45,771 nucleotides of DNA from Pirellulaceae bacterium (GTDB taxonomy: Bacteria; Planctomycetota; Planctomycetia; Pirellulales; Pirellulaceae). Under the pieces are notes generated by a model, which was not told the DNA's origin, searched no databases, and saw only the letters and a program-made list of their open reading frames with translations. The stretch is from assembly GCA_044238045.1 (NCBI GenBank), contig JBIIEC010000001.1:1-45771 (forward strand), read 5' to 3'. Of the stretch, positions 19,202-28,586 are shown piece by piece; within the stretch, counting starts at the first letter, position 1, and every line of letters starts with the position of its first letter. The translations under genes were made by a program, and so were the position numbers.

Positions 19202-19975
19202 TCAGGCCGCCATTGTACGGCGACGATGGCGATCCACAAAGGCCCGGTAGTCGGCCGGCGTGTCGATCCCGATGGCCCGTTCAAGGATGGTGCCTACCTG
19301 AATCGGAATTCCCGCCGCCAGCACCCGCAACTGCTCCAGACGCTCCACCTGCTCCAGACGATGGGGCGGCATCTGGGCCAGCTGCAGGAGGAAGTCGCGG
19401 CGGTAGGCATACAAGCCGATATGCTGCAGGAAAACGGGCGGTTCGGCATGCAGGAGCTGCTCGTCCCACTCCCGCGCGTGGGGAATCGGGCTGCGGCTGA
19501 AATACAGAGCCCGTCCCTGGCCGTCGCAGACCACTTTCACGCAGGCCGGGTCCTCCAACTGCTCCCGCGAGCGGATGGGCGTGGCCAGCGTCGACATGGA
19601 GGCCGCCGGGTCGCGTTCCAGCAACTCAATCGCCAGATCGATCGCCTCGCCCGAAATGTCCGGCTCGTCCCCCTGCACGTTCACGACGATGTCCGCCTCC
19701 GGCAGACGACCGGCCAGCTCCGCCACCCGGTCGGTGCCGCTGGCTGCCTGCGGATCGGTCAACTGGACCTGCCCACCAAAACGGCGGACTTCCTCCGCGA
19801 TCGCCTCGTCGTCTGCCGCCACCCAGACGCCTCGCGGCCGGCGCGCCCGACAGGCCGACTCGTAGGTGTGCTGCAGCACGGTTTTGCCCGTTTCCCGAAG
19901 CAGCAGTTTGCGCGGCAGTCGCGTGGATTGAAGACGCGCCGGAATCACAATGAAACTGGAACTGCTTCGGCCCAT
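19202..19975 (-). CDS. kdsB: 3-deoxy-manno-octulosonate cytidylyltransferase (CMP-KDO synthetase)
   Basis: [25 protein letters not shown] and NVQGDEP motifs. The ATG at 19975 is preceded by AAGGAAGGA 8 nt upstream. Confidence 0.9.
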   Translation of the reverse strand: MGRSSSSFIVIPARLQSTRLPRKLLLRETGKTVLQHTYESACRARRPRGVWVAADDEAIAEEVRRFGGQVQLTDPQAASGTDRVAELAGRLPEADIVVNVQGDEPDISGEAIDLAIELLERDPAASMSTLATPIRSREQLEDPACVKVVCDGQGRALYFSRSPIPHAREWDEQLLHAEPPVFLQHIGLYAYRRDFLLQLAQMPPHRLEQVERLEQLRVLAAGIPIQVGTILERAIGIDTPADYRAFVDRHRRRTMAA

Positions 19976-19992
19976 GTTTTCGATCCTTCCTT

Positions 19993-20039
19993 GAATCGAG
20001 AGCGAGGAGAAACGAATCGAGAGCGAGGAGAAACGAGCG
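19993..20039. repeat. Perfect 21-bp tandem repeat, 2 copies plus a 5-nt partial (gaatcgagagcgaggagaaac)
   Basis: Copies at 19993-20013 and 20014-20034 are identical. They lie 18 nt upstream of the kdsB start codon on the kdsB sense strand. Confidence 0.9.
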
Positions 20040-20507
20040 TCCGCGCGACAGAGCGGGCCGGCGGGAGTCGCCGCGGTTTGTAAGGCAGGGGGCCCGTGCA
20101 GTGCAAGCCGAACCACCGCATGACGCCGTCCGCTCCCCTAGGCGCCTTCTGCAAGCACACCCCCTCGAACGGCAGCCCGCCGCAGCTCGCCCTGCCCCAA
20201 GACGGAACTTTTTTTCTGGCCAGATCGTGGTCAGCGACGCGGACTCGCCAGTTTTTCTCTGAGCAGGCAAAGTGGGTGTAGTTGGAGGAATAGGTGATCT
20301 AGATTCCTTCGGACGCTTGGCTGCAGGTTTCCGGGAGTTTCCGTTTGGACGGGAGGTTCTGGGAAGAATGGATGGCCTGATGGCCGGGCGTCGTCGTATC
20401 GAGTCTATCGCCCGAGCAAGTCCGGGGGCTGGGCCTGGGGCGGACGCGCATGCGTTTTCGCCGTCAGGTGGCTCTCGCCTTTTTGATTCCGAACGGAGAT
20501 CGACCTT

Positions 20508-22382
<1,875 letters not shown>

Positions 22383-22442
22383 CACCCAGCCGCGCGGCGC
22401 GCCGGCCCCCGGCCGACGTGTCGCCAACCGCCCGGAACGAGC

Positions 22443-22478
22443 CAACGGCGGGTTTCCTTTCGAGGAGGCCCGCCGTTG
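22443..22478 (+). terminator. Stem-loop between convergent glmS and uvrC (possible terminator)
   Basis: 10-bp perfect stem caacggcggg / cccgccgttg with a 16-nt loop. The tail tgcgtttc is only weakly U-rich. Confidence 0.4.
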
Positions 22479-22537
22479 TGCGTTTCGGACGGACCAGTCT
22501 GCTCCGAACGACGCGGACGCCGTGGCTGCGTTCGCGT

Positions 22538-24013
22538 TCAGTCGCCCAGCAGCCGTTTGCGGCGCAGTTCATGATGGTAGTGCTGCGCGAAACGGTGGGC
22601 TTCGTCGCGGACATACTGCAGCAGCCGCAGCGCGTAGGCGTGGCGGCTGAGCCGCATTGGCTCCGATTCGCCGGGCAGGAACACCTCCTCCTCACGCTTC
22701 GCCAGCGACAGCAGCACCGGCGGCTGGATCTGGCGCTCCTCGAACGCCGCGCGGGCCGCGTTGAGCTGCCCCTTGCCGCCGTCGATCAACAGGATGTCTG
22801 GAAACATCTCGCCTCGGTCGTGCAGTCGCTGGAAACGCCGCGAAACGACCTCGTGGATGCTGCGAAAATCGTCGATCCCTTCGACCGTGCGAATGCGGTA
22901 ACGCCGATAGCCGGGCTTGAACGGTAGTCCGTCGATGAACTGCACGAGGCTGGCCACCGTCTCCTGCCCGCCCAGGTGGGCGATGTCGACGCCTTCGATC
23001 GTCCGCGGCGTGGACGGCAGCTTCAGCACCTTGCGCAGGCCGGCCAGCCCCTTCTTGGGGTCGATGTAAAACACCTCCGGCTGCACGTGCGTGTCCAGTT
23101 CGCCGCGTTTGTCCAGCGTTTCCAGCATGTGCACTTCGTCGCGCAGCTGCGCCGCCTTCTCGAACCGCAGCTCCTTCGCCGCCTCCTTCATCTCCTCCCG
23201 CATCGCGTCCAGCAGGCTTTTCTTGTTCCCTTCCAGGAACATCTGCAATCGCTTGATGTCGCGACGATACTCCTCGCGCGAGATGCGCAGGTTGCATGGA
23301 GCGGTACACTGCTGGATGCTGGCCAGCAGGCACGGGCGGAACCATTTCCACCGCTCATCGGACTCCTCGATGTCCAGCGAGCAGGTGCGGAACTTGAAGA
23401 TCCGCTGCAGCACCTGGACGGCGCCGCGCAGTGCGCCAGCGCTGGGAAACGGGCCGTACAGCTTGACGCCGCTGCTTGCCGGTTCCCGCGTCACCTCGAC
23501 GCGCGGAAAATCTTCCCGCGTCGTAATCATCAGGTACGGGAAGCTCTTGTCGTCCTTCAGGTCCTTGTTGTACTTCGGCTGGGTATCCTTGATCAGCCGC
23601 GACTCCACCAGCAACGCATCCACTTCGCTGTCGCACTCGATGAAGTCCGCGTCGCAGATCTCGTGGATCCAGTAGGAAGTCCGCGGCTCCTCCGCCGCCT
23701 GCTTGTTAAAATAGCTGCCGGCGCGCGACCGCAGGTTCGTTGCCTTGCCGATGTAGATCACACGGCCCGAGAGGTCCTTGAAGAGATAGACGCCCGGCAC
23801 CTGCGGGAACTCCCGCACCCGCGCCGCCGCGCGGCGGAAGCCGAACTCATGAGGCGCCGCCAATTCCTCCGCCGAAAGCGGCTCGGACGCCGGCTCCTCG
23901 AGGTTTTCCGCAGTCGTCTCCGCGGCACTGCCCGCGTTCGCTTCAGGCGACTCGTGGCGGACGTCGGTCGGGCGGTTCGATTCGGAATCGTCGGGATCTT
24001 GCGGAGCGTTCAT
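22538..24013 (-). CDS. uvrC: Excinuclease ABC subunit C, short form lacking the C-terminal (HhH)2 domain
   Basis: GIY-YIG (GVYLFKD..GRVIYIGKATNLRSR), a UVR domain (FEKAAQLRDEVHMLE) and an RNase H-like endonuclease region (IEGVDIAHLGG..., LLIDGGKGQLNAA, DEAHRFA). The ORF stops about 20 aa after HRFA. It also has an acidic N-terminal extension of about 70 aa. Confidence 0.88.
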   Translation of the reverse strand: MNAPQDPDDSESNRPTDVRHESPEANAGSAAETTAENLEEPASEPLSAEELAAPHEFGFRRAAARVREFPQVPGVYLFKDLSGRVIYIGKATNLRSRAGSYFNKQAAEEPRTSYWIHEICDADFIECDSEVDALLVESRLIKDTQPKYNKDLKDDKSFPYLMITTREDFPRVEVTREPASSGVKLYGPFPSAGALRGAVQVLQRIFKFRTCSLDIEESDERWKWFRPCLLASIQQCTAPCNLRISREEYRRDIKRLQMFLEGNKKSLLDAMREEMKEAAKELRFEKAAQLRDEVHMLETLDKRGELDTHVQPEVFYIDPKKGLAGLRKVLKLPSTPRTIEGVDIAHLGGQETVASLVQFIDGLPFKPGYRRYRIRTVEGIDDFRSIHEVVSRRFQRLHDRGEMFPDILLIDGGKGQLNAARAAFEERQIQPPVLLSLAKREEEVFLPGESEPMRLSRHAYALRLLQYVRDEAHRFAQHYHHELRRKRLLGD

Positions 24014-24122
24014 GCCACCATTGTAGAGCGGTCGCCCCGGATACGAAGGCCAATCGCTGCAAAAGGCCGCTCGTCTTCTGGCGGCTCATGGCCCCCGAAA
24101 GTCGATGGCTCCCGGAGCGCGG

Positions 24123-25952
24123 CTAGACCGACTCGGCGAACGCCTGCAGGTCCTTTTGGAATCCATCGAGCCGCGTCTGCATCTCCGCCGCGGCATCCTC
24201 CAGGCTCGACAGCTGCTCCGGCGCGACGCAGGTGAACATGTAGAACTTCACCTTCGGTTCGGTGCCCGAGGGGCGGGCGGCGACGTAGTTGCCGGTTTCG
24301 GCCAGGTCGAAGATCACCAGGTCGCCGCGCGGGCCCGACAGCGGTTCGACCGCTCCGCCCACCGTGATCCGCTGGCCCTGTTCGTAGTCGCGGACCGTCT
24401 TGACCGGCAGTCCGCCCAACTGCCGGGGCGGCGCCTGGCGGAACTTCTCCATCAACGCCTGCATCCGCGCCATGCCTTCCGAACCAGGCATCGTCTGCGT
24501 CATCAGCCGCTCGGCATGGTAACCGTGCTGCCAGTAGAGCGATTCGAGCTTCTGGTGCAGGGAGAGCTTCTGGGCCTTCACATGCGCAGCCAACTCGGCC
24601 ATCAGCATGCAGGCCACGGCGCCGTCCTTGTCGCGGGCATACTGGCCGACCAGGTAGCCGTGCGACTCCTCGGTGCCGAACACGAACTGGTCCGGCCCCT
24701 GCTCGTCCACCACGCCCGCGATCCACTTGAAGCCCACCAGCAGGTCGCCAAACGTGCGCACTCCGTACGATTCGGCGATGCGGCGGATCATCTCGGTGGT
24801 GACCAGCGTCTTGACGACGTAGTGGGACGGGCTGAGCATCCCGGCTTTCTTACGCTTCTCCAGGAGGTAGTCGGCGAGCAGCACGCCGATCTGGTTGCCG
24901 CTGAAGGTCCGCCACTCGCCGGTGGAGTCCAGCGTGCAGGGGGCCGCGCAGCCCAGGCGGTCGCAGTCGGGATCGGTGGCCAGGATCAGGTCGGCCTTCA
25001 CCTTCCTGGCATGTTCGATGATGGCGTCGAATACGGCCGTGTTCTCGGGATTGGAGACATGCTGCGGCACGTTCGGGAAATCGCCGCTCGGCTCCGCATG
25101 CGGGCCGTAGACTTCGACCTGCTCGAAACCATCGGCCTGCAGCGCGGGCAGCACGGCCGACGCGCCGACGCCATGCAGGGGCGAGTAGATGATCCGCACG
25201 TCGCGCGGGCCGGGAAACGCCTGTCGCTTCAGGGCCTCGATGAACGCTTGGTCGACCTCGTCGCGGCACAGTTCGATGCGGCCATCGGCCACGGCCGTGT
25301 CGAAATCCACGCGTTCGATCCGATCCACGTTCATCACTCGCTCGATCACGCCGGTATCGTGCGGAGGCAGGATCTGGCCGCCGGTGGACCAGTAAGCCTT
25401 CACGGCGTTGTCGCTCGGCGGATTGTGGCTGGCCGTGACCATGATGCCGCAGCAGCAGCGCTTGTGACGCACGAGGAAAGATAGTTCGGGCGTGCTGCGA
25501 TAGTCGTCCAGGAAGTAGACGCGGTAGCCCGCAGCCACCATGATCTCGGCGCACAGCTTGGCGAAGTGCGGGGAGTTGTGGCGAGTGTCGTAGGCGATCG
25601 CGCAGGACAGCGGGCCGCTGCCGGCGCGGTTTTGCTTGACGTAGTCCGCCAGGCCCTGGGCACTCTCCCCGATCGTCCGGTCGTTGATCATGTTCGAGCC
25701 GATCGGATACATGCGGCCGCGGCGGCCGCCCGTACCGAACGGGATGACCGTCCAGAAGGCGTCGTCCAGCACCTTCCACTGACCGCCCCGGATATGCTCG
25801 ACGATCGCCGGACCATACTCGGCATAGCGGGTTTCGGTCAGCCACCGCCGCAGGTTGGTGACAGCACCCGATGTCAGCTTGCCGGCCGCGGCCGCCTGTT
25901 GGACTTGGGTCAACGCGTCGGATACCTGATCGGGGCGGAGCGTCTCGGGCAT
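24123..25952 (-). CDS. Alpha-D-phosphohexomutase (phosphoglucomutase/phosphomannomutase, PgcA-like)
   Basis: Active-site loop MVTASHNPPSDNAVK and metal loop ATDPDCDR. ATG at 25952; the track start at 25964 is a TTG. Confidence 0.88.
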   Translation of the reverse strand: MPETLRPDQVSDALTQVQQAAAAGKLTSGAVTNLRRWLTETRYAEYGPAIVEHIRGGQWKVLDDAFWTVIPFGTGGRRGRMYPIGSNMINDRTIGESAQGLADYVKQNRAGSGPLSCAIAYDTRHNSPHFAKLCAEIMVAAGYRVYFLDDYRSTPELSFLVRHKRCCCGIMVTASHNPPSDNAVKAYWSTGGQILPPHDTGVIERVMNVDRIERVDFDTAVADGRIELCRDEVDQAFIEALKRQAFPGPRDVRIIYSPLHGVGASAVLPALQADGFEQVEVYGPHAEPSGDFPNVPQHVSNPENTAVFDAIIEHARKVKADLILATDPDCDRLGCAAPCTLDSTGEWRTFSGNQIGVLLADYLLEKRKKAGMLSPSHYVVKTLVTTEMIRRIAESYGVRTFGDLLVGFKWIAGVVDEQGPDQFVFGTEESHGYLVGQYARDKDGAVACMLMAELAAHVKAQKLSLHQKLESLYWQHGYHAERLMTQTMPGSEGMARMQALMEKFRQAPPRQLGGLPVKTVRDYEQGQRITVGGAVEPLSGPRGDLVIFDLAETGNYVAARPSGTEPKVKFYMFTCVAPEQLSSLEDAAAEMQTRLDGFQKDLQAFAESV

Positions 25953-26226
25953 GGGGCCTGCCAATCTGAGGAGGGGGCCGGGATGTGAGCATCCGGCGGG
26001 CTACAATAAGGGTTGCTTGGGACCTGCTCCCATTCATCCGGCTTGAGCGGGTCGATCGGGACGGTCGGATTGTAAGCGGGGAGTGTCACGCAGTTCAACC
26101 GCACCGAGTCCCGCGTTGCCGGTCGAGGGTGTTTCCGTAACCGATGTTTGCGGTGCTCGGAACGGCCCCGGTCGCTCCGAGAACTGGCCTGTTCGAACCC
26201 ATCTGGACTCTGAGGATAATGGAAAA

Positions 26227-27594
26227 ATGACCGCGGAACCGATCATCAGCGTCTCGGGGCTTCGAGGAGTGGTGGGCGAAACGTTGACGCCGGAGGTCGC
26301 GATCCGCTATGCGTCTGCTTTTTCCGCGGAGCTGGGGCCGGGCGCGATCGTATTGACGCGCGATGGTCGAGCCACGGGACGCATGCTCGCCGACGTCTTG
26401 CGCGGAACGCTCTGCGCGTTGGGACGCGATGTGATCGACGCCGATGTGGCCGCCACGCCGACGACGGGCGTGCTGGTACGAGCGTACCGAGCCGCCGGTG
26501 GCCTCCAGATTTCCGCCAGCCACAATCCGGCGGAGTACAACGGCATCAAACTGTTCGGCCCCGAAGGTCGCGTGATCACGGAGGCGGCGGGCCAGCCGGT
26601 GCTCGCCCGCTATCGCGCCGGTCGCGCGCCGGCCTGGGTCCGCCATGACGCGGTCGGCACCCTGCAGCCCTGCGTCGACTCGCTGCAGGATCACCTCGAC
26701 CTCGTGCTCGCCACCGTCAACCACCAGCTCATCCGCGAACGCGGGTTCCGCGTGCTGCTCGATTCCAACCACGGAGCGGGCAGCCTGCTCGGCGTGCGGC
26801 TGCTGGAGGAACTCGGCTGTCATGTGACGCTGCTCGGATCGCCGCCCGATGGCCGTTTCGAGCATAAGCCCGAGCCCACGGCCGACAACCTGGCCGGCGT
26901 CTCGGCCCTCGCCCGGGATGTGCACGCCGATGTGGGCTTCTGCCAAGACCCCGACGCCGACCGCCTCGCGCTGCTCGACGAGCAGGGCCGCTACATCGGC
27001 GAGGAGTTCACGCTCGCGCTCACGGTCCGCCATCTGCTCGGCCAACGTCCAGGCCCGATTGTGACGAACTGCTCGACCAGCCGCATGTCGCAGGACATCG
27101 CGGAGGCGTTCGGCGTTCCGTTCTATCGCTCGAAGGTCGGCGAGGCGAACGTCACGGCGCTGATGATCGAAAAGAAAGCCGTGTTTGGCGGCGAAGGCAA
27201 CGGCGGGCCGATCGACCCGCGCGTCGGCTACGTCCGCGACAGCTTTGTCGGCATGGCCCTGGTGCTGGAAGCAATGGCCAGCGAACGGAAGACGCTGAGC
27301 CAGCTGGCCGCGGAGCTGCCGCAGTACGCGATCCACAAGACGACGGTGGCCGTCGATCGCGAGGAAGTGGCGAGCCGCCTCGAGCAGCTGGCTCGTCATT
27401 TCAGTACCGCCCGCGCCGACGACCTCGATGGATTGCGCCTCGACTGGGACGACCGCTGGCTGCTGGTGCGGGCGAGCAACACGGAGCCGATTGTGCGGCT
27501 GGTGGCGGAGGCCCGCACGCTGGAGGCCGCGCGAGCCCTGTGCGAAGAGGCCGGCATGGCCCTGCAGGGACAGGCCGTACCGGCAGGCCGCTAA
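26227..27594 (+). CDS. Phosphohexomutase, phosphoglucosamine-mutase-like (candidate GlmM)
   Basis: From the ATG at 26227: MTAEPIISVSGLRGVVGE..., active-site ISASHNPAEYNGIKLF, CQDPDADR and GGEGNGG. Substrate specificity cannot be resolved from sequence alone. Confidence 0.85.
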   Translation: MTAEPIISVSGLRGVVGETLTPEVAIRYASAFSAELGPGAIVLTRDGRATGRMLADVLRGTLCALGRDVIDADVAATPTTGVLVRAYRAAGGLQISASHNPAEYNGIKLFGPEGRVITEAAGQPVLARYRAGRAPAWVRHDAVGTLQPCVDSLQDHLDLVLATVNHQLIRERGFRVLLDSNHGAGSLLGVRLLEELGCHVTLLGSPPDGRFEHKPEPTADNLAGVSALARDVHADVGFCQDPDADRLALLDEQGRYIGEEFTLALTVRHLLGQRPGPIVTNCSTSRMSQDIAEAFGVPFYRSKVGEANVTALMIEKKAVFGGEGNGGPIDPRVGYVRDSFVGMALVLEAMASERKTLSQLAAELPQYAIHKTTVAVDREEVASRLEQLARHFSTARADDLDGLRLDWDDRWLLVRASNTEPIVRLVAEARTLEAARALCEEAGMALQGQAVPAGR

Positions 27595-27622
27595 AACGCG
27601 AAGTGACTCACACGCCCGGCCT

Positions 27623-28522
27623 TTACTCGCCGCGCAGCTTCGCGAGGCTGCGCTTCATGCCTTCGATCTGCTGTGGTGATGGTTGCGGCACGCGCAGGTC
27701 CAGCGACTTGAGCGTGGAGCTGATCACATCGGCGACGATGGCCCGCGTCATCCACTTGTCGTCGGCCGGAATCACGTGCCACGGCGCCCACTCCGTGCTC
27801 GTCGCGCGAATGGCCCCTTCGTAGGCCTCCATGTATTCGTCCCAGTGGTCGCGCTCATTCACGTCGCCCTCCGAGAACTTCCAGTTCTTCTCCGGCTCCT
27901 CCAGTCGTTCGATGAATCGCCGCTTCTGCTCCTCCTTGCTCACGTTCAGGAAAAACTTGAGCACGGTGGTGCCGTTCCGCGTGAGATGCTGCTCGAAGGC
28001 GTTGATGTCGTCGTAACGGGCCTGCCAGAACGACTTGCCACGTTTGCCAGGCGGCAGTTTCTGGAAGTCGAGCAGTTCGGGATGGACGCGCACGACGAGC
28101 ACTTCTTCGTAGTACGACCGATTGAAGATGCCGATGCGTCCCCGTTCGGGCAGTCGGACCATGCAGCGCCAGAGGTAGGTGTGGTCGAGTTCCTCTTCGG
28201 ACGGCCGTTTGAAGCTGTATACCTGGCAGCCCGTCGGATTGATGCCGGACATCACATGCTTGATCGTGCCGTCCTTGCCGGCGGCGTCCATGGCCTGGAA
28301 GATGATCAGCAGCGCGTAGCGGTCGTCGGCGTAGAGCATCTCCTGGGCCGCCGCGAGTTCGGTGAGGCTGTGAGCCAGCAGCGCCTCGGCGTGTTCCCGC
28401 ACGGCGGCTTTTTCGTTCGGCTTCCAGGCGCCGACCGCGGACCACTTCGTGTCATGGTCCTTGAGGCGAAACTTCTTCTTCGGCGTCACGCGGACGCTGG
28501 CGATCACTTTGTCGGAGATCAT
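27623..28522 (-). CDS. ppk2: Polyphosphate kinase 2 family (polyphosphate:nucleotide phosphotransferase)
   Basis: IFQAMDAAGKDGTIKHVMSGINPTGCQVYSFKRPSEEELDHTYLWR..LPERGRIGIFNRSYYEEVLVVRVHPE. The ATG at 28522 gives 299 aa, a single PPK2 domain. Confidence 0.9.
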   Translation of the reverse strand: MISDKVIASVRVTPKKKFRLKDHDTKWSAVGAWKPNEKAAVREHAEALLAHSLTELAAAQEMLYADDRYALLIIFQAMDAAGKDGTIKHVMSGINPTGCQVYSFKRPSEEELDHTYLWRCMVRLPERGRIGIFNRSYYEEVLVVRVHPELLDFQKLPPGKRGKSFWQARYDDINAFEQHLTRNGTTVLKFFLNVSKEEQKRRFIERLEEPEKNWKFSEGDVNERDHWDEYMEAYEGAIRATSTEWAPWHVIPADDKWMTRAIVADVISSTLKSLDLRVPQPSPQQIEGMKRSLAKLRGE

Positions 28523-28586
28523 GGGTGCGGAATCCCGGTAGTAAAGAGGAGGGGAGGCGCGCGGGGCGCGGGTCCTTGGAAGTCGA

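Noticed and set aside
19976-20507. glmS ribozyme in the 530-nt region upstream of glmS.
   Set aside because: I could not find the conserved ribozyme core segments by eye, and the ribozyme is characteristic of Firmicutes and relatives rather than this lineage. A cmscan would be decisive.
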